64,000 nucleotides of DNA from Octopus vulgaris (lineage: Eukaryota). Below are positions 51,767-64,000 of the stretch, in pieces. The notes below the pieces were generated by a model. The model worked only from the letters and a program-made list of their open reading frames with translations. It made no database searches and was not told the origin of the DNA. A program made the position numbers and the translations under genes. The DNA is taken from the NCBI GenBank assembly GCA_951406725.2, contig OX597830.1, positions 53,444,001-53,508,000 on the forward strand. Direction: 5' to 3'. The first letter of the stretch is position 1. Every line of letters begins with the position of its first letter.

Positions 51767-53130
51767 TCATGTGTATATGCCATCAGTTCATGTGACTGCA
51801 TGTATACACCCTAAGTACAAGTGATTTTGTGTGTGTGTGTGAGTTTATATATATTCATTAATTCCAGAAAACTCAGGTCCAGAATTTTTGGAACGTTTTA
51901 TAAATCTTCACTGTACCCCAAATCAATTGAATTTGTCAGTTTGCTTTGTTCATTCTTAAAAGAAAATCTTCAAATTCCCAGAATTTCTTGCTTTTTCTTT
52001 TTGCAAATCTGTTGTTACAGCCCATTGCACTTATGATCCAACTGGATATAAATGAGAATCTATAGCCAGGTTACGGGAGCTGTATGTTCTGTATAAGTTT
52101 ACTATAGTTGTTATCGTTTTTCTCGCATCTTCTGAGCAGCTGATATCTTACAAGAGTGCATGAATTTTGTTCCTTATCAAATTATATTAGGCCTGTTGTA
52201 TTTGCACCAGAATTGCCATTTTATTGTAATGTCCCACTGGTGTTTCTTATTTTTAAACGTGGATGCATTGTGGTTCTAGCACATCTTTAGTATGACTCTC
52301 AGGACAATCTTCTGGATAGCATTTTTAATAGTTTTGGCAACAAAGCCATGTCTTATGGGAAGATGGCACCTTGTGGACATTTTTGAACAGCTGTATGGGC
52401 GCTATCTTCCTCACTGGTAGGCTTATTTGACATATTCTACCATAGTTTGGAAGTCTGGAAACATCATTATCTCTTTTGCTAATCACATATCATCTTCTGA
52501 ATAGTGAAGACATCTGTCTCGTAGGAGTTTGAAGTATTCATCACATGCCCAGGAGAAGCTTTTTTTTCCTGTCAATACTGTTGGTTACAGAATATGAGCC
52601 TATGTATCAAATTTGTATTCAAGTTGAGAAATTTAGTGTTGTTTATAGGTTACTTGCAAATAAATATGGAACAGTGGATTTCTCAACTTGAAATATAAAT
52701 GTAGAAAGAGTCTTCTTTGCTGTACAAGTAACATATGGTTATATTAACACACATGCACATATATGTTATGATATGAGGGAGAGTATGAAGGCTAATTACA
52801 AATGTTCTTAGTGTTTGTATCTATTAATAGAGATTGAATAGACTAGTTACTTTGGAGGTAGGCTAGATCATCATTCTGCTTATCAGGCATTACATTTTCA
52901 CCCAAACTAACATCTATGAGGTACTGTTAAATTTTTAAAAAATTTTATTTGAAAAGCATCTTCACATGCTTTTTTCTCTTTCTGTCAATTTCTTATAATT
53001 TGTCACTCTTAAGTGAGCTCTAAATGTCCAACTAAGACAGTGGTAAATATTTCAGTTTAGCTCACTTGTTCTCTAATGGTTACATGAAACTTCTTTTTTA
53101 GTCATAATAAACACTCCCCCTATCTCTCTT
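48578..53130 (+). other. Putative long 3' UTR of ActRII
   Basis: No recognisable SINE/LINE/MITE over about 4.5 kb, unlike the introns. U-rich. AATAAA at 51217-51222 and 53106-53111, and TE remnants resume at about 53250. Confidence 0.55.
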
Positions 53131-53689
53131 TCTCTCTCCTTACACTTGCACACGCTATATATATATGTATATATATATATATAAACTTACGATGAAAGTA
53201 AATGAACAGAGTTTGCTTTAGAAGCATTGAGATGTATTGAAAGATAGAGAAGTACTTCAGTATGTGACTGGTACTATATTTTATTGATCCAGGAAAGCTG
53301 AAAGGCACAGTTAACCATGAGAAGATTTGAGCTCAGAACCTAGAGTCAGAAGACAATAATGATAATGCATGCATATTCCCAAAGTGCATGCATCTTTTTA
53401 TTGCTGAAAGTTGAGCTGGGACGATGGTGAAAAGTTGGTCGTTCCTGCCTCTTCGCAAGAACTTACCTGGTAACCAAAGGACAACTCAACTTTAGTGTTT
53501 GTTGTTACAAGGAAATACAACCAGTACACTTTGTAGTGGTTAGCATCAGGAAAGGTTCCTGTCAAATGACACGTATGAGCTCCAGTCTATAGTCTATATA
53601 GGAGGTAACTTGGACTGTTTCAACCACTCTAACCCATGCCAGTTTGAAATGTAAAAGTAAAACAATGGTGATCATTAATTTATTTTCTT

Positions 53690-54835
53690 CAAGGAATGCG
53701 ATTAGTTTCCTTTTAACTATCTGACTTTGCTGATGTGTGAAGTCAGAGAGACACGCCTATAGTTTTTGGCATCTGCTCTGCTTCCCCCTTTATGGATTGG
53801 GCATATTATTCCCTCCTTCAGCTTGCTTGGCAGTTTGCCATTTGCAAGAAAGCTCTGGAAGAGAATCTGGCGGGGGGGGGGGGGGGGTTGCCAGGGCATG
53901 CTTACATGATTTGAGGAGGATTGCTCGGAAACCATCAGGACCAGCAGTTAAGTTTGTGTCCACTTCATCTATGGCTAGTAGTATATCTTCTTCATTAATG
54001 TCAATGTATTCCATTGTAACTGCCTCACTGGTTATAGGTGAGGCGGCAAAGAAGTCCACTGGTTCGTTCACTTGTCTGTGTTCCAACAGGAGTGGTAAAG
54101 ACACTTTTGATCTTAATTGGACTGTCTGTGAGGGAGCCATCCTTTTGGAAGAGGGGTCCTATCTTGCAGCATACTGAGGCTGTTTCTTCCGTGTAATGAA
54201 AGAAGGCCTTTGGATTTGACTTAATGTTTTTTATAGCCCAGGCTTCTTTGTCTGCTTTCTCCCTCACATAGGATTGTTGCAGCCTTTTTTCAATTTCCAT
54301 CAGTGTTGTTTTTAGGCGGGACCTTTTGCTACTTTTGGGATGTTGGTTGAGCCGATTTGCAACCTTCATCCGTTGTCTCATGAGGATCTTCCTCTCTCTT
54401 GGAATCTTGCTCCTATTTGTTTTGGCCTTGTGCTCTGGGACATATTTCTGGCATGTGTCTTGCACAACAGACATGAAACATTCTAGTTTCATGTCACTAT
54501 TTGGTGTGGAGAGACATTTTGGCCAGTCCTCTCTGAGGATCTCTTTTTGGATTGATTTCCAGTCTGCTTTGTAGAAGTTCAGATTGGAGAGATTTCGGGT
54601 GCTTCCTTTAGGCTGTATAATAGAGACAGCTCTATTATGTTGTGATCCAAGTCGGCGTCACTTTCACATCATGAATGATGTCCATATTGTTTGTGAAGCA
54701 GAGCTCCTGAATGTTATTTGCCTTAGTTGGTCTGAGTACAGCTTGTTCCATGAATAGAGCATTGGTGAGGTTGAGCAGGGACTCCACCTGTGCTTGCTTG
54801 CAATGAGTCTTTCCTGAGAGTATGAGACCTTTGGC

Positions 54836-54838
<3 letters not shown>
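53690..54838 (-). mobile_element. CR1/L2/Jockey-group LINE ORF2 fragment (end of APE endonuclease to start of RT)
   Basis: PTKANNIQELCFTN, IKSNPKAFFHY, AGPDGF and PIHKGGSRADAKNYRRVSLTS, with frameshifts. Confidence 0.85.
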
Positions 54839-54839
<1 letters not shown>

Positions 54840-54879
<40 letters not shown>

Positions 54880-55062
54880 ATAGTGTATATAAATATATAT
54901 GTGTATATATTATATATATGTATAGTATATATATTATATATATGTATAGTATATATATTATATATATGTATAGTATATATATTATATATATGTATAGTAT
55001 ATATATTATATATATGTATAGTATATATATTATATATATGTATAGTATATATATGTATAGTG

Positions 55063-55101
<39 letters not shown>

Positions 55102-55232
55102 ATATGTATGTGTGTATGTGTGTGTGTATATGTATGTGTGTATGTGTGTGTGTATATGTATGTGTGTGTGTGTGTGTGCATATATATGTGTGTTTGTATG
55201 TATGTACATATATATGCGTTGTAGATATATAT
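54840..55232. repeat. (TA)n, 24-bp TA-derived minisatellite and (TG)n
   Basis: Unit tatatattatatatatgtatagta repeated about 6 times. Confidence 0.9.
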
Positions 55233-55924
55233 TGCAGTTTTGAATTCCATATTTAAAATTCTGTTCTGGTTTTTCTTCTGTCTGTCTCTATACCTACCTA
55301 CTGAAATTCCACAGGCAATCAAAATTATGTTTTGACTTGGGAATATTATTGATATTGAATTTGAAATCTTTCTTATACACTATTGTCTATTGTCTTAAAC
55401 CTCACCTTTCCATCAAAACAATTTACAGATCAACTTAGTGGTAATTACAGCGATAATTTTAAATCAATATTTATTGCTTGGGAGAAATTAAAAACAAAAT
55501 CTTCTAGGTTCTTCTTTTTCTTTGGAAAAAGTACAATTGTTTTTTTTCATTTTAATTTATAGCTTTCTGCTTAATCATTTTCTTTTTTATAGTTAAATTT
55601 TAAATTCTTGTCTATCAATTAGTATATAACAATAACAACACAGAATGTATGTGTTTATTTTTAACGTCTTGATAATATTTTAAAATTTTCTTTTTGAGAA
55701 TAATTTTTTAAAGAATATTTAAATGTATGTGTGCATGCATATATATGTGTGTGTGTATGTGTGCATGCACAAACACACATACACCCACACACACACACAT
55801 ATGTGTTGTGTAAAATGTTACCTTTAAAAGGTGAAATTAACTTTTTCTGAAATGCCGTCCTCATTGAAATGTTGCTCTTTCATAAAACCATCCTAAAAAT
55901 ATCCATTATTATTTTCATTATTAT

Positions 55925-56352
55925 GGTGGCAAGCTGGCAGAATCATTATCATGCTGGATGAGATGCTTAGCTGTCACTGTGTTCTGAGTTCAAATTCCAC
56001 TGCGGTCAGCTTTGCTTTTCATCCTTTTGGGTTTGATTAAATAAGTACCAGTTGCTCACTGGGGTCGATGTAATAGACTTAATCCCTTCCCCCAAATTTC
56101 AGGTCTTGTTCCTACAGTAGAAAAGATTATCATTATTAGTAGTAAGAGGGCGAGTTGGCAGAATCATTAGCATGCGAGGCAAAATGCTTAGCGGCATTTC
56201 TTCCTGCTTTATGTTGTGAGTTCAAATTCCACTGAGGTAGACTTTACCTTTCATCCTTTTGTGGTCAATAAGTACCAGTGGAGAACTGGGGTCAATGTAA
56301 TTGAATTTTCTCTCCCCCAAATTTCCTACCTTGTGCCTATAGTAGAAAGGAT
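55925..56352 (+). mobile_element. Two tandem SINE family A copies
   Basis: Two units ggc.agctggcagaatcatta...gagttcaaattccactg...aagtaccagt...cctacagtagaaa.gattat. Confidence 0.75.
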
Positions 56353-58184
56353 TATTATTATTATTATAATTGCATAACAGACCTTTAGTTAGACTTTTAA
56401 AATTTGATTTGCCCTAAGAACTTAGTTTAACGATAAGGAGTGTGTATGATGTTGAAAATATGATTTCCATATATACACACACGATTATGTATGTAAATTA
56501 TTCAAGTATTAATTAGTTGTGTAACAACCAGGTATTTATTAGCTCATCTACAATAATAATGTTTAATTGTAAAACATCTTTAAAGCCCATCCAAGCTTTC
56601 ATTTTCTTATTTTCTTCCCAATACAATACAATTCGCTACTTGAAGTTTTCTAAATAATTTAACTACAGGTGTTTAGACTTAATCTCTTTTTTCTTTATCT
56701 CTTTTTTTAAAAAAATCTCAGGGGCTTCTTTCTTTTTGTAATTTTTTTCTTTTGTTCCTGTTATGGGTTAAGTATATTTTCTGTCTTTCATGTGGTACAG
56801 TATTCTGTTAGCTGCCTTAATGTTATTTTGCTTCATCTACCACATTCTGAGTTCAAATCCCACTAGAGTTAGTAGTATTGCCTTTCCTCTTTCCAGCATA
56901 AGTACCAGTAATATACTGCAGTTGGTTCAAACCTGACTAAACTCACTTCTGCCTGTGTAAGTAGAAACCATTGCACTTAATACAATAATGGCACTATCAG
57001 TGATCCTGAAGACTTTGTACCACAACACTGGCAATTTCATCTGTTGATACCCTTCAACCCCAAGTCAGCCTCATAGGATAGGATATTTTCTTTCTGTTTT
57101 TCTTTTTATCTGCTGGATAAGTCTCTTCTACTGATAGCCTCAGGCCAACAAATGCCTTGTGAGGGAATTTGGTGTCAGAAACTGAATGATGCCACTTATA
57201 CATACATTTGCATCTATATATGTATTTGTGTGTATGTATATGTATGTGTGTAAATGATTACAAAACCACATTGGACTACAGCCACAAATGGTGATGTCAT
57301 TATTTGTGGTCGATCTGCAACCAATGATGTTCGTTGATGTTTCCTGTCAATATGTCATCTACTAGATGCGTGCTTTTGAATTCTTCAGGAATAAAAAAAA
57401 TAAATCCCTTACTTGAAAAACAGATATAGGTTGGTGACAGGAAGATCATCCAGTCACAAAAATTCTGCTTCAATTCCCTTCTAAACCATACTAAAATGGA
57501 GAAACAAGCAAAAAACTCTACAAATGAGTAGTGCCATCCATCTCTTCAAAGCCACCTGCTGTTGTTAATAATTATAAGCGACTTTATAGGCACTGTCCTA
57601 CCCACTCTTTTTTTAAAATATGTATGAGCTAAACTTGTGCACATGGTTACATACAACATGTGGCAGAAAAAGCTCCAATATTTTACACAACCATTTGTGT
57701 AACACTTGTGAAGTTAGGCAGTGGTAACAATGTCTTCATGTAGGTAATGTTTAGCTATTTTTATTTTTCTTGTCATTTACCATTATGGTTTGGACTGGTG
57801 TACATCATGTGTCTGTTGTTGAAGTGTTTATCAAAAGTGGTGACTCTTGGGAGGGTCTTTTTTTTTTGTTTTTCGTTTGGTCACATCTTATATATATTTA
57901 TCAGAAGTTTTCTTCAATTTTACATTATAGTCTTCCATTTGCAATATTTCTGTCTAGATTTTGTGACATCTTATTTGTCCAGTTATTCTCTCACCTGTTC
58001 CTTTTAGTGCATTTTAATAACCATTTTTGTGTATTTGTATTTTAACTGTAAAAGTTTAGATCTTTCAGAGTTAAGAAAAGGATGTCAAATTGGCTTGATG
58101 TCCAGTTCTTTGAGAGATTTTGCCTTCTCCCACTGAGTGAAATAGTTTGCTTAAATGAAAACTATATATATATATATATATATA

Positions 58185-58345
58185 CACAAAAAAGCAAAAG
58201 ACGAAGATGGGTGTGTAAACAACAAACAGACGTATTAGTTTAACGCTCGGGAAGTGAGAAAGTCTTTTACGTTTCGAGCCTATGCTCTTCGACAGAAAGG
58301 AACACAGAAATAAACAGGGAGAGAAAATAGAAGGGGTGGGGTAGA
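58185..58345 (-). mobile_element. Short PLE-type terminal-repeat element with a hammerhead-like motif (58264-58299)
   Basis: Minus strand reads CUUU CUGUCGA A GAGC-AUAG-GCUC GAAAC GUA AAAG. Lies between (TA)n and (TG)n. Confidence 0.65.
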
Positions 58346-60128
58346 AAATAGAAAAATATGCGTTTGTGTGTGTGTGTGTGTGTGTGTGTATTGTTGAGAG
58401 CTTATCTTAATCATTCCTTAATTTTTTTTTTAGTGAGGCTTATAGACAGAATTATATTTATTTCTAGCAAACTTTTAAAGTATCAAAAAGAAAAAGCAGA
58501 TTTGTTCATAAAAATCAGTTGTATCAGGTTTAATGTAGTGAAATTATGAAAAATATTTAAAAATATTAATTTAAAGTTTTTCTCTGTCTTTTAGCTAGCT
58601 TAATGTGCATGACTCACTGGAATGTTTTAAGGAACAGAAAAATGCAAAAAAAAAAGAAAAACCCAAAACACCAAGCTGGTCTGGAACTTACCTACTCTTA
58701 GTTTATAGTTTATAGCAAATGTCCATTCTACATATAATTTGCCATCAGCTTTTATGTCAGTTCTTACCGATTTTCACATCTACTTTTCAGAAACTGATAA
58801 ATTAGACTTTTCTAAGAAGTGCCTTTCAATCAATACTCATATATTTTGCTGCTCTATACAGTACCGCTCTGTGAAACTAAACTTCATAGCTTTGAAAATT
58901 CTTGTTTTTCTTTTTTGTTATCTATATCCATCTCTGCTTCAAATTTCGTAGGAGAGTTCAAAATATTTGGTTTTCTAATATTAAATATAGACTAAAAACA
59001 CAAAACCACAGCCTACATGCATACATACTTTCTTATAATTCAGCAACATATATATCTAGATAGTTTCTGTTTTGTGTCTCTAAATTAGTTAATTTCTCGT
59101 TTTTACATTTTTAATAAATTCATCTTTTTTTTTTTTTTTGTTTTCTTTATCCACTTTTGTATGTATGGGTGTGCATAGGTGTTAATTTTCTAACTGAAAC
59201 GTTTCCACATCTTTGGCCATGAATTCCATGTAGTTGTTTCATTTTCGTTTTAGCAGCCACAGCACAACCACCTCACAACCATCCTGTGTTCATGCCTGAG
59301 AAACACACATGCGCACACTCACTCACACACTTTCTCTTGCTCTCAACATTCTGTCCAGTTAATTTATCAGTGTGCCACAAATAATCATGTTTTTTTTTTT
59401 TTTTTCTTTATCCATTTCTTTAGTTGCAGCTGGTCTTAACATTTTGGCAGGACACTTCGCTTCTCTTTGAGGCCTAACCATATTGACATGCAAGACACAA
59501 TGCGTAGAACAACACAAATAAACACGCCTCTCTCTTTCTCTCACTCTCTCCTTCTTTTTCACTCAAGTCAACAGTTATTTTTCGCTCAAAACGTAATGAA
59601 AAAAATGTTCTTTAAAAATAGTTTTGAATGTGAAAATATTTTTTTCATTCAATGGAAATATTTTTTGAAAATGGTTTTCTGTTTATAATTTATAATTTAT
59701 TTATTTTTTCTGTTGCTTTTTTTACTGCAAATTGATTGCTATAATTTTATAAAAATCTTTCTTTCTCACTGTTTCACAGCTCTCTTCCTCTATGTTCTAG
59801 TCTAATTGTGAAAGTTGGCCATTTCATAGTCTTATACGTGCAACAATTACTCATCTGTCAAAGCCACCAACACCTACAACTAATAATAATAGTAATATAT
59901 AGGAACTCCATCTGTATCCATCAAAAATGAAGTGGGCAATTACACACTGGTGTGTGTGTACACCACATATAAAGCACAACTCCAAAACCATAGAGCAATC
60001 TGGATACATACAATGTAGAATGACACAAATTTTATTTGCAAAGTTACCTTTTTTTCTGTTAATGCTCTTTACACTCCTAAGTATATATGAATATGTATTT
60101 ATGTAAATGTGTGTGTATGTACATAGAC

Positions 60129-60162
<34 letters not shown>

Positions 60163-63100
60163 GTGTGTGTGTTGAAAATGTGACTTCTAGTTTAACCTTT
60201 TTTTTTTTATTGAGGTCTTTTTCATACAAGTTGTTACAGTTTATATGGAACAGTAAGGTTCTCCAAGTTCCTCTTCTAGACTGTTACAGTCTCATTTTCA
60301 GATGTTGCCACTTTCTAGATGGTAATATCTGCATCAGTCACATTAGGTCCGCAGCAATACTCACCGACATCAATTCAACCTGAAGACATGACTAAGAAAC
60401 ACAAGAAACATTGGTGACTGATTTTGGAACATCATTACTGCAAAATGGAATATTATACTTCAATAAGAATAATGTGTGTGTGGTGGTGGTTGTCTACTCC
60501 TTATGCAGAGTTTGACCACCTACTGTACGTACACCTTAGAACCATCAAGGCATCTGATGTGACTTTGTAAACCAGACAATGCTTTGAAAAGACACCCACA
60601 TAGATTGCATATCTGATTTGGACCACCAAAAGCTGCAGTTAAGTTCTGATCTTTGTGGATCTTAAAATATCTTTTGAAACCACCGTTAGATTTGCAGACC
60701 TTCTGGCATACATTGATTGCATTGAAAGGTGTGCACAGACATATATATAAATATATAATATAATATAATATAATATAATATAATATAATATATATATTAT
60801 ATATATGTTGTATTTACAATGTAATGTCTAAAAGAAAAGCTGTTTCTTATATAAATGTATATGTAGATGTGTATTTGTATATATGTAAATCGTTTTTCCA
60901 TGGCTAAACTGAGATTTCAGGCAGGGCATTCACAAATGTGTCTGCATGAATTTAGGTGTTTTTTTCTTTTTATGCAACATGTACACATTGCAGGGATCCA
61001 TCTATTTTAGACTTTAAGATAACTATGCCACTTTCTGGGTTTACTTCAAGTGGTGAGTTTTGCCTTCCCTCCATCACCCTGTCTCTCTCTCTCTCTCTCT
61101 CTCTCTTTCAAATTCATCTCAGTCCCATGGTCAAATAGTTAATTCTTTTCATCAGCTCCATGCATGCATGCATGTACATATGTATGTATGTGACTATATA
61201 TGTATGTGGTGTGTATGTATTTATATATATATACACACACACACACATACGCACAAAATTTGTGTATTTACCACTATTTTCCAACATGCATTTATTTTGT
61301 TTCAGCTTCACGTTTCTGTTACTGATGTTGTCTTTCATCACATTTCACGTACATCCTTCTTTATCACACTTTCTTCATTCAAATAATCTGCTCTTCTGCT
61401 AGATCTTGTTTCAGTCATTAGACTGCAGCTGTTCTTGTATGCATATGCACTCATATTTTCATACATTCACATGCCCATGCATGCTCGTTTAGTGAATCTG
61501 TACAATTATAAAACTTTTAGCCATTTGTTTACCAGGACTAAAACCGAAACTCAATATTTGCCTTCATACACCTATAAACACACGTCCCAACTGAAACATT
61601 TGCGCCCCTGCATGCATGCACAGGCACAGTTTTTGTGTTTTTGGTCGCATATCTCCGACGGACGATTGACTGAATTTCACGATTTTGTGTGTAATGAGGT
61701 TGATTGAATGAATGATCTCTTTCGGTTGGAGGTAAAAAGCTTTGTGCTACCTCCAGATCACTCCCACCTCATCCCTCTCTGGTATATGTCTTGTCTCTTA
61801 ATCATTTCTACTGTAAACCCATTTCATGACAAAAAACAAAAAGTCAGTACCAAATCTTACATTTTAGTATAGCTGGAGAAAAATACCTCAGGGAACATTC
61901 TTACTAAATGCAAAATACGGCCGGCTCTCAGGTACGTTATGCAATTATAGCGATAAAATCCAAGCTACTAGAAGACAAAAACGTCTTTAAAATGGCACAA
62001 AAAAAAAAATAAAGGGTGGGGGGGTAACTTGAATAACATAATTTGATTGATATTTTGGAACAATTAAAACTGCAAATTGGATTTGGTAATTGATCTCATT
62101 AGAGGTATGTCTCCGTCGTTGAGTTTTATTTATTTTTTTTTAACTCAGTAAAGAGGTGGGGGATCTTTGTATACTAATTACTTGAATAATCTCCGTTGAT
62201 TGTAGCTTACTATATTACATTTACTGTAAATTATTTCTAAAATACGTTATCATCCTCTCAATTCAACCAACCCTGGTCCTTTGCGACTTTTCTTTTCATC
62301 AAAATCTTACCAATCTTGTTTATTTTTGTTTGTTGTGGTTTCTGTCCTATGTTTTTATTTTTTGCTGTGTGCTTTGTTTACAACATGCTGCTTGTTTCCT
62401 AAATACATGATAGTATACCACCATACAATTTGTGCCGAATGTTTTGATACTATTTGGACAGTCTGAGAAAACTAATAGTTAGATTTTTTGTTGGTGGGGT
62501 GGGGGGGTTTAGTAAATTGGAATAGATATAAAAAAAACAGACCAACAAAATCTAATAATAACTGGAATGTAGTTGAACAGAAGTAAAGAACGGTACGGTG
62601 TTTGGTGTACTGTTAGATGAAAATAGATGACGTGTCTCTTTTATGCTTAAGGCATGGAGTACACGAATAACAAGAATGTTTTGATGCCAAAACAACCTGA
62701 ACAAAGAGCAGGAATGTTAAGTACATATCTCATATGGGGGTATATAGTTTTGTGTATATGTGTGCACGCATGTATAATATATATAATGTAATGAAGTGTA
62801 GTTGAAGACATAGTTAACTGGGGAGAAGGGGATCGAGTCACTTCCCCGTGTTGTTCCCTTGCTGCTGTCATTTCAGTTTCCTTCGCACATGTCATAGTTT
62901 CTGTCCTCGAGCCATCCTCTCTAGTTTTATAAACATATGCAAATAGTATTCTTTCACCTCTGGATTCACTCACCTCTTTATATATATGTATATAAAGAGG
63001 AGCTTTAGGTGTTTTCACTCAATAAACACCCACAAGGCCAGGTCTGGGAATCGAAACTGTGATCCTCCGACCATGAGTCTGCTGCCTAACCACTGGGCCA

Positions 63101-63454
63101 TTGCGCCTCCACTATATATATATAGATATATACATGTATATATGTATACTTATATATATATACATACATGTATATACATATATATATGTGTATATATATA
63201 CATATATGTGTATATATATACATATATGTGTATATATATACATATGTATATATATATGTGTGTGTATCTCTATTAGAGGAGGCTCTCAATAATAGGAGTA
63301 TTTCAAAACGGTAGTCTTCATCGTGGCTACAAATTTGAGCTGAAACTAAATATATGTGTATGTATATATAATATGTGTATATATATATATCTATGTATGT
63401 ATACACATAGGATTTATGATGTATGTATAACATCTAATATATAGATAGGTAATG

Positions 63455-63830
63455 TGTGCTTGTGCTGTAAGAAGCTTGCTCCGAATGACATGGTTCTGGG
63501 TTGAGTCCCACTGCATGGCACCTTGGGCAAGCGTCTTCTACTGTAGATCTAGCCGACCAAAGCCTTGTGAATATATTTAGTGGACGGAAACTGACAGAAG
63601 CCTGTTATATATATATACATATATATATCTATGTGTGTTTGTACCTCAACCATCACTTGACAACTAATGTTGGTGTATCTACATTCCTGTAAACTAATGT
63701 TTCGCCAAAAGAGGCTGATATAATAAGTACTAGGCTTACAAAAATTAAGTCCTGTGGTTGTATTGTTCAACTAAAGGTGGTTCTCTAGCATGGCCACAGT
63801 CAAATGAATGAAACAAGTAAAAGAATAAAA
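63455..63830 (+). mobile_element. SINE family B copy
   Basis: Homologous to 3013-3420. Confidence 0.75.
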
Positions 63831-64000
63831 ATGTGCATGTGTGTGTGTGTGTGTGATCATGTATATTGTAGGTTTGTTTTTGTCTGTTTCCTAATAACAT
63901 TGCATTCTTCTCTCTCTATCTGTCTCTTTATATCTTTCCCTTCTAATATCAGTCACTAGATATATGGAGCTAGTGGTGGTTTGTGTTAGCAAGTGTAAAA

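Noticed and set aside
53461-53470. ACTTACCTGG, resembling the U1 snRNA 5' end
   Set aside because: No further U1 similarity; a chance match or an isolated minus-strand donor motif.

Overview
AT-rich, microsatellite- and TE-dense animal genomic DNA. The repeat families resemble coleoid cephalopod (Octopus-like) DNA; this is an inference. The one clear gene is a + strand activin type II receptor Ser/Thr kinase (ACVR2A/B, Drosophila punt-like). Five phase-compatible GT-AG coding exons at 36119-36418, 38652-39373, 43102-43240, 45709-45839 and 48380-48577 give about 496 aa. The signal-peptide exon was not confidently found, and a TE-free stretch after the stop suggests a 3' UTR of about 4.5 kb. 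The rest is intronic or intergenic: four SINE families, RTE and CR1-like LINE fragments, a decayed Penelope-like element (RT plus GIY-YIG), a decayed Tc1/mariner, piggyBac- and mariner-type MITEs, and a non-autonomous Helitron. Most interesting: (i) a tRNA-headed short element ending in a Penelope-type hammerhead ribozyme, inserted as a head-to-head inverted dimer (43407-43903); (ii) further hammerhead-like short elements, all antisense to the gene; (iii) a 468-bp near-perfect (TA)n-centred palindrome of local DNA just upstream of the ligand-binding exon. All calls were made by eye, without database searches, and repeat boundaries are approximate unless a TSD or terminus is quoted.
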